Shown here: one piece after another, positions 56,095-64,000 of the stretch | How positions within the stretch are numbered: position 1 is the stretch's first letter | Layout: each line of letters begins with the position of its first letter | Source: a virus | Virus record (IMG/VR): IMGVR_UViG_3300045988_131126 | Strand: one strand, 5' to 3' | Length of the DNA: 64,000 bases | Program-made: the position numbers and the translations under genes | Notes under the pieces: model-generated | Seen by the model: the letters and a program-made list of their open reading frames with translations, nothing else | The model's database searches: none | Told to the model about the DNA's origin: nothing

Positions 56095-56384
56095 TGTATA
56101 ACCGTCTAAATGTAAATATCGGAGGTCGTGTATATTATATAAAACTCACATCTGTTTCAGGAAAAACTTATTATTATCATGGAGGATCATCTTTTTACCA
56201 GAGTTTAGACGAATACGTAAAATATTATGATTCATATTTTTCAATAGATCGCGATAAATTACAGTCAGATATCAATGAATTCAATAGAAACGTATATGAT
56301 AAAATCTGCTCTTATCAGATTATGGAAGCCAAAGTAGAATTGCATGGACACAGAGCAAATGGATCGCCTGTACGATGTATATAA
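56094..56384 (+). CDS. small hypothetical protein, family C (2/2)
   Basis: The ATG shares one nt with the upstream TAA. SD AAGGAGGG. Confidence 0.55.
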   Translation: MYNRLNVNIGGRVYYIKLTSVSGKTYYYHGGSSFYQSLDEYVKYYDSYFSIDRDKLQSDINEFNRNVYDKICSYQIMEAKVELHGHRANGSPVRCI

Positions 56385-56394
56385 GGAGAAACTA

Positions 56395-56853
56395 ATGGGT
56401 AAAACAAAAATAGTACTTTTAGGTACACAAAAAATATATAAAGACAAGAAAAAATCTTCAACAGTATCTGTAACTGTGTTAGGGATGTACAAAAGCTGTA
56501 ATGACAGATTAATAAATATTTTGTCTGATGTTGTAACTCGCATATTAGTAGACATACCAGGAGCAATAGAGAGGATGAATAATGATAAAGATGCATGGCG
56601 AAGTCTTTATAGAGATATAGCTGATCTGTTCGGTAACGATGATTCTTTAGGAACTTCTTCTGTACTTTTACCAGACGTAGGAGAATACGAAGAAATATTG
56701 TTTATTGGAACTGTGATACCTCTCGAAAATTGCTCAGATAATGACTTGAGATTCTGGCTAAATACTCCAGAATTGATTCCGGAATATGAGGAGCAACAAA
56801 ATAAATATAAACTCCCAGAAATAAAACCAAATAATACTCACTATACAAATTAA
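56395..56853 (+). CDS. small hypothetical protein
   Basis: Start moved to ATG 56395 (AAGGAGA 5 nt upstream). The track start at 56344 overlaps the previous gene. Confidence 0.55.
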   Translation: MGKTKIVLLGTQKIYKDKKKSSTVSVTVLGMYKSCNDRLINILSDVVTRILVDIPGAIERMNNDKDAWRSLYRDIADLFGNDDSLGTSSVLLPDVGEYEEILFIGTVIPLENCSDNDLRFWLNTPELIPEYEEQQNKYKLPEIKPNNTHYTN

Positions 56854-56879
56854 TAAATATAAAGGAGGATATGTTTATA

Positions 56880-57359
56880 ATGAGTAGAAAACGATATAAC
56901 AAACCCACCAATCCAGAAGTAGAAAAGGAGTATAAAGATATGGATTTAGTAAATGAAACAAATGAAGAAGAAGTAATTGAAGAGAAAGATACAGAAGCTT
57001 TTCTGAAAGATGTAGAGAAAGTTGCAGTAAACCCAGATAATAAACAGATTGATATTGAACTTACTGTAGATGCTTTTATTAGAAAAGAACCAGACAATAG
57101 CTCTAAGATTCTTTCTGTTAGTAAACTTCTTCCAGAAGATAAGAAATATGTACCAGAAGCCTTACCCGGATATGGATTAGCATATATCAAGAAAGGGACT
57201 ATTGTACGTTGTTATGAAATGGATAACGGATGGTATAGATTAGCTTCCGGATATATCTTCAATGCAAAAGTAAAAAGAGATTTGAACATAGACAGATTAA
57301 TAAATATATCTGGTTCTAATGGTTTATCTAGAATTGAAGATATAAAAAAGAATTTCTAA
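56880..57359 (+). CDS. hypothetical protein with SH3-like C-terminus
   Basis: AAAGGAGGA upstream. ATG 56880 has better spacing than 56871. ..GTIVRCYEMDNGWYRLASGYIF.. is SH3b-like. Confidence 0.45.
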   Translation: MSRKRYNKPTNPEVEKEYKDMDLVNETNEEEVIEEKDTEAFLKDVEKVAVNPDNKQIDIELTVDAFIRKEPDNSSKILSVSKLLPEDKKYVPEALPGYGLAYIKKGTIVRCYEMDNGWYRLASGYIFNAKVKRDLNIDRLINISGSNGLSRIEDIKKNF

Positions 57360-57389
57360 AAATAAAACACAGTAAAGGAGATCAAAATT

Positions 57390-57749
57390 ATGCAAGAAAT
57401 CAAACTTTGTAAACGAATATTGAAAGATGAGTATGGAGAACCTGATGTAGAAATTAAAACCTATTGTGGCAAAGAAGTAAGTGCTAACGCCTTAGAGGTA
57501 GAAGCAGGAACTACTGGTTATAAAGGTGGAGATTCTGGGAACGGTTGCCGTGCATACTTTAGAATCGAAAATTTTGCAAACAGTGATTTACGCGTAAATG
57601 CATACAACAGAGGTTCTGACTTAGTGGGTATAGAAGTTACAACTGGTGGTGATACAGAACTTTATACTTTAATCGAGGCTTTAAAGTTTATCGTTAATGT
57701 ATTAGAAAATGGAGAAACAGGAGCAAATGATAAATTTATTGGGAAATGA
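57390..57749 (+). CDS. small hypothetical protein
   Basis: SD AAAGGAGA. 119 aa, last gene of the plus-strand run. Confidence 0.6.
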   Translation: MQEIKLCKRILKDEYGEPDVEIKTYCGKEVSANALEVEAGTTGYKGGDSGNGCRAYFRIENFANSDLRVNAYNRGSDLVGIEVTTGGDTELYTLIEALKFIVNVLENGETGANDKFIGK

Positions 57750-57876
57750 TGGTAACTACATAGGAAATAACTATAAAGTAAATCTATGATTTCATGGGTA
57801 AGTAATCATAGATTTATGGTAAATAGTGTATTCCTAGACATAAAATTTACCATTAATTTCTCTTTTCCTTATGTAT

Positions 57877-57915
57877 GGGATAGGTTAATATAACCTATCC
57901 CAGCATTTATTTTTT
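57877..57915 (+). terminator. intrinsic terminator of the 52-57.7 kb plus-strand run
   Basis: GGGATAGGTTA-ATA-TAACCTATCCC followed by AGCATTTATTTTTT. Confidence 0.7.
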
Positions 57916-57916
57916 A

Positions 57917-57959
57917 GTATCGTAGAAAAAATAAAGAGAGTTTAAACTCTCTTTATTTT
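57917..57959 (-). terminator. intrinsic terminator of the small basic-peptide gene
   Basis: 14-bp stem AAAATAAAGAGAGT/ACTCTCTTTATTTT (57928..57959), then TTTTCTACGATAC on the minus strand. The tail matches 1630..1651. Confidence 0.7.
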
Positions 57960-58055
57960 ATTAAAGGCATTACTAATGCCTTTAATATATGCTTTTAAAG
58001 CATATTTAATTCTCTTTAAAAATGTTGCATATGCTCTTAAAAATTTTTTCATCAT
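57942..58055 (-). CDS. 37-aa highly basic amphipathic peptide (below ORF-track cutoff)
   Basis: SD AGAAAGAGG lies 7 nt before the ATG. MMKKFLRAYATFLKRIKYALKAYIKGISNAFNKIKRV. The stop lies inside the terminator stem. Preceded by promoter/UTR module copy B. Confidence 0.45.
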   Translation of the reverse strand: MMKKFLRAYATFLKRIKYALKAYIKGISNAFNKIKRV

Positions 58056-58153
58056 AATATACCTCTTTCTACCTAGTTGATGAGACTAGGATTTATAGAT
58101 TATTTATTATATCACTATAATATTATATAATCAAAAAATAAAGATATTCCATA
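58056..58153 (-). promoter_or_regulatory. promoter/5'UTR module (copy B) of the 1159..1257 element
   Basis: The minus strand reads TATGGAATATCTTTATTTTTT-G-ATTATATAATATTATAGTGATA..AAATCCTAG..CTAGGTAGAAAGAGG. Confidence 0.5.
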
Positions 58154-58163
58154 TTAATAAAAT

Positions 58164-58193
58164 AGACCTATTAGAGATATCTCTAATAGGTCT
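58164..58193 (-). terminator. 30-nt perfect palindrome after 58200..58475
   Basis: AGACCTATTAGAGAT/ATCTCTAATAGGTCT. Confidence 0.6.
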
Positions 58194-58199
58194 TTCTTT

Positions 58200-58475
58200 T
58201 TATATTTTCATATATTTACTGGGCATACTTTCAAATACATCTTCATCGTAATTATACACTCCGAAGAATTCTCCATTTAACGATACGCCTACCTTATGTC
58301 CTGTATAATTAGCATAATCCATAAATGTAACTTTTCCTTTAATATTTCTTTTGCATAATTCGTTTTCTACACTATCTAAAATCTGAGAAGGATGGATTCC
58401 TAATCTCATCTCTTCTTCCTCTTCAAAATACGCGTTACTTACCTCTCTGCAATATTCGTCATCAATGATACTCAT
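58200..58475 (-). CDS. small hypothetical protein (N-terminus MSIIDD)
   Basis: SD AGGAGGAATAAA. 91 aa. Confidence 0.6.
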   Translation of the reverse strand: MSIIDDEYCREVSNAYFEEEEEMRLGIHPSQILDSVENELCKRNIKGKVTFMDYANYTGHKVGVSLNGEFFGVYNYDEDVFESMPSKYMKI

Positions 58476-58478
58476 AAT

Positions 58479-58862
58479 TTATTCCTCCTTATTATTTTTG
58501 CGTAATTCTATTAAATCTGATACCTTTATTTTAAAGCAACTCAGTAATTCTCTATATAATGATACAATGTCTTTGTTCAATTCTAGGCCTTCGTTATTAA
58601 AAACATAGCTAAAAGCATCAACTTTTATTTCATAGTCGTTGATATTATCTTCTATATCATTAAGCATTGATTTTAATTTTGAAGCTTCAACTGTTTCGTC
58701 ATGTAATGCATCTTTAAATAACTTAATATAATTATCTATAACATTAATCTGTCCAATCAAATATTTTTTTACTATTGGTCTTTTGTATTCTATAAATGCA
58801 TCAACAAAAACATCGAAATATATGCTGCTAAATAATAGCATCGGGTCATCAATAATACTCAT
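58479..58862 (-). CDS. small hypothetical protein (N-terminus MSIIDD)
   Basis: Same SD and first six codons as 58200..58475. The rest is unrelated. Confidence 0.6.
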   Translation of the reverse strand: MSIIDDPMLLFSSIYFDVFVDAFIEYKRPIVKKYLIGQINVIDNYIKLFKDALHDETVEASKLKSMLNDIEDNINDYEIKVDAFSYVFNNEGLELNKDIVSLYRELLSCFKIKVSDLIELRKNNKEE

Positions 58863-58928
58863 AATTTTATTCCTCCTATTATTAAAATAAAACTCGAATA
58901 TAGCAATGCTATATTCGAGAGTATAAAA

Positions 58929-59204
58929 TTATTTTTTGAATTTTAATCTATTCTTCACCGCAAATCTCAGCTTTTCCCATGTTGTATCTACATGACCATT
59001 TGGATGTATAACTAAGGAATAAGATTTTCTGTTTGCACATGTAATACTATTTACATCAACTCCAACCATCATTCCTTCATGATATGCGGGAACTAAATAA
59101 TAGTGTTTGTACATGCGTCCCAATGGAGATAAATCTATTTTAGAAATATCTTCCGCATTTTTGCATTTGTTCACTTTCTTGATTATGTAGTCTCGTTTTC
59201 TCAT
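58929..59204 (-). CDS. small basic hypothetical protein
   Basis: SD AAAGGAGAA. 91 aa. Confidence 0.6.
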   Translation of the reverse strand: MRKRDYIIKKVNKCKNAEDISKIDLSPLGRMYKHYYLVPAYHEGMMVGVDVNSITCANRKSYSLVIHPNGHVDTTWEKLRFAVKNRLKFKK

Positions 59205-59277
59205 TTTACTTTCTCCTTTTTGTATTTTTATTATAAGGTTTTGATATAAATAAAAATATAACCAAGTATAGTAATTA

Positions 59278-60315
59278 CTATACTTGGATTATTGTTTCTT
59301 TTATTTTTTCTTTTCTTACTCCAAAATCTTTCTCTCCAGGATACGTATTTCTATGTATATAGAAATTAACTTTATCCAGAAATAAATTTTTCTTTATACG
59401 TGTTATCTTGTAGTCTGGGATGTCTGCATCAGGATATAAATGTACTTCTATATTGATTAATTGTAGATTCAGTAATAAGAATCTTAATAATGATTCATAT
59501 CCAGATCCTGTTGCTGCAGCATATATATTGTTTCCCATAACGCCATCATTCATATTATATAATATAGATAATATATCAAATGGACCTTCGGCTATATGAA
59601 TCTTTATAGGTTCTATAGATAAAGGATTTATCTGATTAGGAATTACATAGAATTTGCACGTATTGTCGTATTTATCAAAGATATTATAATTTACATATCT
59701 TTTAGCTATAGTAATATATACTTCACCTATATCAAGATTTCTCATATTAATAAAAGCATTATCATATGATATAAATCCCAAAAAGTTTTTGTCTAATTGC
59801 TCTACTATATTTTGATGTCTAGTTAATTTGACATTATTAGTAGCTAATAGATCAGATAAATTCAATAATATTTTCTTTTCTATACAATCTTGAAAAGTTA
59901 AATTAGTACCTAATCTATTATTTATATAATTAAGTTTTAATAATGATAAACTATCATCAGTTATACTATAATTATTCAAATAATATTTAGCTTTATCATT
60001 ATATTTCATATTCTGTGATAGATTCATTATCTTCTTATTATATCTTGCTAAATCTATCGACAGATCTTGATCGAATAATCCCCATTCTAATAATTTATTT
60101 GGGGTGACTACTCCTTTAGCATGACACTTAAAGCAATTATATAACGAAGGTTTATTTCCAGATAAATCTACGTTAATATAAAAATGTCCATGCCTTTCAT
60201 CGTCAGAATCACGACAATAGAAGCAGCGGCAGTTTATTTCTCTGCCGCCACTAACTAACCTAGCCCAAGGCTTAATATGATTCTTTAAAAACCATTTATA
60301 CTGTTCTTCATTCAT
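59278..60315 (-). CDS. DNA primase (zinc-binding domain + Toprim)
   Basis: CRCFYC..H.H..CFKCH zinc-binding pattern. IAEGPFDILS (E-G-x-x-D) and LYPDADIPD (DxD) Toprim motifs. SD AAAGGAG. Confidence 0.6.
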   Translation of the reverse strand: MNEEQYKWFLKNHIKPWARLVSGGREINCRCFYCRDSDDERHGHFYINVDLSGNKPSLYNCFKCHAKGVVTPNKLLEWGLFDQDLSIDLARYNKKIMNLSQNMKYNDKAKYYLNNYSITDDSLSLLKLNYINNRLGTNLTFQDCIEKKILLNLSDLLATNNVKLTRHQNIVEQLDKNFLGFISYDNAFINMRNLDIGEVYITIAKRYVNYNIFDKYDNTCKFYVIPNQINPLSIEPIKIHIAEGPFDILSILYNMNDGVMGNNIYAAATGSGYESLLRFLLLNLQLINIEVHLYPDADIPDYKITRIKKNLFLDKVNFYIHRNTYPGEKDFGVRKEKIKETIIQV

Positions 60316-60379
60316 AAAGTTTCAACTCCTTTCACAAGTATAATATATACTTATTCTAAGTGTTGAAAATATTATATAT

Positions 60380-61462
60380 TTAGATATTAAAACAAAAACA
60401 AACTCCGTTGCTGGTACTGCTGCCGTCGGGGGTGGGGCCACCATTGTAGTTGACAGCAAAGAAGCCATCGGCACCGTTGCCGTAATAAGGCGAACGAGTC
60501 CACCACATACTAGCATCTCCACTTCCATTATTCATTTTCTTTATTCTAGAATTATTATCTGTAAATATAGGAAACTTTTTCTGATTTGTTTCTGTTGGAT
60601 TTTGATAGGGCCAATCATTGTTGTTAACTTCTGTTGATCCAGGTAAAAATACTATATCTTTAGAAAGTTTACCAGCGTTGGATGATGTACTGCCACCTCC
60701 TATATTAGCGTATGTATTTACTTCTTTAATTACGTTTTGTAAATCAGTAGGCATACTATTATAAATATTAATCATAACAATTTTCTTCATAGCCGTATTA
60801 TTCCAACCACCGGAGTTAGCATTGGAAGTATTCATATACTGTTTATTCTCCATTAAGTTTTTCATACCAAAACATATGCCTGCTTTGCCAGATCCATCGG
60901 ATTTAACAAAATGATTAAAATCCCATATCTGCAAAGTAACGGTTTCATTAAATGATCCTGATAAAGTTAAATCTATTTCGTCTCCAACTTTCCATAAAGA
61001 AGAAGCTACACCTGATTCACTGATGGCTGCTATTTGTTCCCATGTATTATTCTTCAATACAGGATCGGCAGCCAATACTTTTATAGCGTATATCATACTA
61101 GTACTATCGTTATATACTTTATCAGTACTTAATGTATAAAATCTATAATAATAAGTTTTTCCTACAGTTACATTAGAATCTGTATATGGAGTACTAGAAT
61201 ATTTATTTTTAGTAGTATTAGTTAATACTACAGTACCATCTTTAATACTAGTAGGAGCGCTGCCCTCTTTTCTTACTATAATAGTAGAACTCCAAGTAGA
61301 TAAAGTACTACCATTATAAACAGAAGTATTAGGATCGGTCCATTTTAATTTTACATATTTATTTCCAGATACAATATATATATTAGTTACATCTCCAGGA
61401 GGAAATCCTTTGGATGAAGATCCAGATCCTCCTCCACTTATATTTCTCATTATTACGCTCAT
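60380..61462 (-). CDS. surface/virion protein: FN3-like N-domain, lectin-like C-terminus (WWTRS...GVCF); candidate DGR target
   Basis: ..VKLKWTDP..YYYRFYT.. is FN3-like. The C-terminal WW-x-RS ... G-V-x-F framing resembles DUF6273/C-type-lectin-fold ends (recalled). The 3' ~100 nt are GC-rich with NNC codons. Confidence 0.5.
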   Translation of the reverse strand: MSVIMRNISGGGSGSSSKGFPPGDVTNIYIVSGNKYVKLKWTDPNTSVYNGSTLSTWSSTIIVRKEGSAPTSIKDGTVVLTNTTKNKYSSTPYTDSNVTVGKTYYYRFYTLSTDKVYNDSTSMIYAIKVLAADPVLKNNTWEQIAAISESGVASSLWKVGDEIDLTLSGSFNETVTLQIWDFNHFVKSDGSGKAGICFGMKNLMENKQYMNTSNANSGGWNNTAMKKIVMINIYNSMPTDLQNVIKEVNTYANIGGGSTSSNAGKLSKDIVFLPGSTEVNNNDWPYQNPTETNQKKFPIFTDNNSRIKKMNNGSGDASMWWTRSPYYGNGADGFFAVNYNGGPTPDGSSTSNGVCFCFNI

Positions 61463-61471
61463 TATATTACC

Positions 61472-61593
61472 CCCTATATAACAAAAATTACTTGTTATAT
61501 AGAGGCTTTATGCGTTTAAAATGTGGGGACAAGTTTAAATTACCTAAAAAGACCTCTATATAACAAGTTTATAAATAAACTTGTTATATAGAG
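61472..61593. promoter_or_regulatory. two inverted repeats sharing the core TTGTTATATAGAG in a divergent intergenic region
   Basis: CTATATAACAA-7nt-TTGTTATATAG (61474..61502) and CTCTATATAACAAGTTTAT-AA-ATAAACTTGTTATATAGAG (61554..61593). Confidence 0.55.
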
Positions 61594-61689
61594 TATCATT
61601 TATAAAAAATATTGTATATCGCTCCTTGTGATATACACTTTTTGTCTAACTTCATAATAATATCAAAATATATAAAGGAGGTATTAGTA

Positions 61690-62721
61690 ATGGCTAATAT
61701 TCGTTGTGATATTAAGAATGTAAGACCTCGTCCTATTAGAGGATTTCTTTCTCAGAACGGAGTCATTTTTGGTGATACTGAAATAGGATTGCCATATACA
61801 TATATTATTAAAGCTATGCATCAGTCTGATGTATATGTAAACGGTAAATTAGTAGAACGTATCGGAGATGCTAGTAAGTTATTAGATGGAATGACTGTAG
61901 TAGAAACTACTCCAGAAGATGTAGCTACTAAGCTTACAGAAATTAAAGATGGTGATATTGTTTCTCTTGCTGCTGGTGAATATACAGAACCTATTACTCT
62001 TGATAAAGAATGTATTATCTCTGGTACTAAAGATACAGTTATTGCCGCTCCTATTACTGTTAATGGCGGTAATGTAATCATAGAAGGAGTAACTATGAAA
62101 GTTACTGATAAAACTATGGTTACTGCTAATGGAGATAAAGATGTATCTATCGTTAATGTAGACTTTAAGAAGGATGATGATGTAGAATGTAGAACTCTGT
62201 TAAGTCTTCCTACTAAAGGACAAACAGTTATTGATGGATGTAACTTCAAAGATCCTAACCATAAAGTATATAATGTAATGGAATTTGGTATTAATAAAGA
62301 TGATTATACTAATGGTGGAGTTATTATTAGAAACTGTGTATTTGATCAGATTGGTCATAATCACATTAGCTTCTATAATGTAGTAAATGGCGGTAAGATT
62401 CTCATTGAGAATTGCGACTTCGGTTATAATGGTGGTATTCGTGTAAGTAATGTAAATAATACCGAATGGACTCTTACATTAAAAGATTGTATCTACAGAG
62501 GTTCTGATGAAGGAGATAACCAGAGCTTAGTATGCTTCCAGGATTTCGATAAAGAGAACGTACAAGATTTTACTAAGATTACTTTAATATGTGATAATCT
62601 TGTAGACGGTAATGGAAAGCATCTTACTAAGAATACAGATCCTCAGGTTGTTTATGTATATGATGATAAAACATCTTCTATACTTAAAGATAAAAATCAG
62701 CCAAGAATAATTTTTAAATAA
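61690..62721 (+). CDS. right-handed beta-helix (pectate-lyase-like) protein
   Basis: AAAGGAGG lies 8 nt before ATG 61690 (the track TTG at 61612 was rejected). ..GDIVSLAAGEYTEPITL.. then short V/I-x-V/I-x-N/G rungs. Confidence 0.45.
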   Translation: MANIRCDIKNVRPRPIRGFLSQNGVIFGDTEIGLPYTYIIKAMHQSDVYVNGKLVERIGDASKLLDGMTVVETTPEDVATKLTEIKDGDIVSLAAGEYTEPITLDKECIISGTKDTVIAAPITVNGGNVIIEGVTMKVTDKTMVTANGDKDVSIVNVDFKKDDDVECRTLLSLPTKGQTVIDGCNFKDPNHKVYNVMEFGINKDDYTNGGVIIRNCVFDQIGHNHISFYNVVNGGKILIENCDFGYNGGIRVSNVNNTEWTLTLKDCIYRGSDEGDNQSLVCFQDFDKENVQDFTKITLICDNLVDGNGKHLTKNTDPQVVYVYDDKTSSILKDKNQPRIIFK

Positions 62722-62729
62722 AAAATAAA

Positions 62730-62757
62730 AGTGGGATGGCAAATTTGCCATCCCACT
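62730..62757. terminator. 28-nt perfect palindrome between convergent genes
   Basis: AGTGGGATGGCAAA/TTTGCCATCCCACT, with an A-run before it. Confidence 0.7.
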
Positions 62758-62767
62758 AATTGTTTGG

Positions 62768-64000
62768 TTAGAAACGTTTGTATTCGCAACAAGCTTTCAG
62801 CATATATACTATATCAAAAAGCGCTACATAATGATGATCAAGCTGTGAAAGTTTACATCCAAATTCATCGTAGTCCTCTATATTTCTATAGATTGTACCA
62901 TGTATTACACTTTCAATAGATCTTGTTTCCATATACTTATCAATTAAGTTACATGATCTTGAAAAATCTATAGTATTGTACTTAATATCAATAATACGAC
63001 GTTTAACCATATTATTTATGATCGTTAAAATCCAATCAGTATTACTATTTACAAAATCAATATATTTTTCAATATTTTCAAATGCATTGTAATTATAGTC
63101 TTTCATGGTTTGTAATGAATGATATATTCGCATTGAACCTTGACTTCCATATATCAACTTATAAGCTTCAGATAATATATAGCAAAAATTGGATGGATCA
63201 TATTCGTGATTTTTTATTCTTTTAAGAATAGATAATCCAACTTCTCTTCTACGATCAGCAATAGATTTTTTACGTTCAGAAGTGCTGTATTTTATTTTTG
63301 TTTTGAATCTTTCCGCTCTTGTTGAATTTCCATCGTATATACTTTTAGATATTTTGAACTCTCTTTTCCAGTTGTTATCAATATCACGTCCATCAAGAGC
63401 CGAATGCTTTCTTGCATCATTTTCAGAAACAAATATAAACGGAGATTTTTTATATTCTGGATATTCTTCTACAACATCTTGCACTATCCCTTTACATTTA
63501 TTATTGTTTGCAAATTTCTCTATCTCCGTCATTATATTTTCTGTAGTTTTTGCACCGGTTATATTATCATATTCTTTCAATACCTCAATAAAAGGTATGT
63601 GATAATATCTAAGAGCATTATGATATCTAGTTATTTCATAAATTGCTTTACTAAGTTCTGCTGGAAGTAATTCTGTATTATATCTAGCCCATTCAAAATC
63701 CATAGAATATAAAGGCTGGATATACCATTTCTCGCTCCAAGGATAATATTCTGCTAGCTCACAAATAGCACTAATATTAATATTCTTCCTTTCTGATAAT
63801 TCTTTTGTTTCTCGTAATAATGATTTCGAAAATCTCAATCTATATTCCGTTTCTTTATTTTTTAAGGCTACGCATGAATCCATCTTAATGTACATAAATA
63901 AATTTGACATATATTTCATGTATTCTGGATGAATATGGTCATTGCTACGACCGGAATATTTATTGCAAATATATTTTATTTTTCTTATATTTTCATTTAC
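62768..64000 (-). CDS. hypothetical protein, 5' end outside the window
   Basis: The frame of track ORF 62768..63919 remains open from 63920 to 64000 (..VNENIRKIKYICNKYSGRSNDHIHPEY-MKYM..). Confidence 0.55.
   Translation of the reverse strand, partial: VNENIRKIKYICNKYSGRSNDHIHPEYMKYMSNLFMYIKMDSCVALKNKETEYRLRFSKSLLRETKELSERKNINISAICELAEYYPWSEKWYIQPLYSMDFEWARYNTELLPAELSKAIYEITRYHNALRYYHIPFIEVLKEYDNITGAKTTENIMTEIEKFANNNKCKGIVQDVVEEYPEYKKSPFIFVSENDARKHSALDGRDIDNNWKREFKISKSIYDGNSTRAERFKTKIKYSTSERKKSIADRRREVGLSILKRIKNHEYDPSNFCYILSEAYKLIYGSQGSMRIYHSLQTMKDYNYNAFENIEKYIDFVNSNTDWILTIINNMVKRRIIDIKYNTIDFSRSCNLIDKYMETRSIESVIHGTIYRNIEDYDEFGCKLSQLDHHYVALFDIVYMLKACCEYKRF

Noticed and set aside
60322-60528. 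68-aa track ORF overlapping the end of 60380..61462
   Set aside because: It is an out-of-frame artefact of the local GC island (Ala/Pro/Thr/Val-rich), with no SD.
61612-61689. TTG-initiated N-terminal extension of the beta-helix gene
   Set aside because: A canonical AAAGGAGG-N8-ATG lies at 61690. The extension overlaps the palindrome/promoter region.
62731-62919. 62-aa plus-strand ORF
   Set aside because: It starts inside the 62730-62757 terminator palindrome and runs antisense to 62768..64000, with no SD.
1-64000. Prophage or temperate status, integration sites, mobile elements
   Set aside because: No integrase, recombinase, transposase, repressor-like gene or att-like flanking repeat was recognisable, so no claim is made.

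Overview
This is a very AT-rich, densely coding 64-kb stretch of a large tailed phage with jumbo-phage-like gene content. I saw no integrase, tRNA, rRNA or CRISPR array. Nearly every gene has a strong AGGAGG-type Shine-Dalgarno (SD), and I used this to correct many start codons in the ORF track.

Layout, left to right:
1. Plus-strand virion genes, including a sheath/tube-like pair. A GC-richer moron-like cassette interrupts them.
2. A long minus-strand block (5.4-32 kb) of DNA and RNA enzymes:
- a family-B DNA polymerase fragment with exo motifs and motif A only
- a Rad50/SbcC-like ATPase
- the N- and C-halves of a split multisubunit-RNAP beta subunit, in separate genes
- a LigA-type ligase
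- a RecA/UvsX-like recombinase
- a tubulin/FtsZ-family (PhuZ/TubZ-like) GTPase
3. Three small plus-strand paralogues.
4. Five consecutive minus-strand receptor-binding proteins that share an N-terminal anchor but carry different heads.
5. A lysis module: membrane proteins, a holin, and a GH73/SH3-like lysin.
6. An ~860-bp ORF-free gap filled by about 21 phase-locked 36-bp bipartite repeats.
7. An SSB-like protein, a GroEL-like chaperonin and a run of small tandem paralogues.
8. A primase, a lectin-like surface protein and a beta-helix protein.

Most notable observations:
- The 36-bp repeat array.
- A short peptide motif (N-P-I-Y-H and variants) appended in multiple copies to the tails of the polymerase, RNAP beta, ligase and other proteins.
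- A ~100-nt patch of C-ending (NNC) codons at the 3' end of the lectin-like gene, which looks like a diversity-generating retroelement (DGR) variable region. No template repeat or reverse transcriptase is in the window.
- A duplicated promoter/5'UTR/3' module flanking two unrelated small genes.

All functional calls rest on motifs read by eye and recalled family signatures. No database search or folding program was available.
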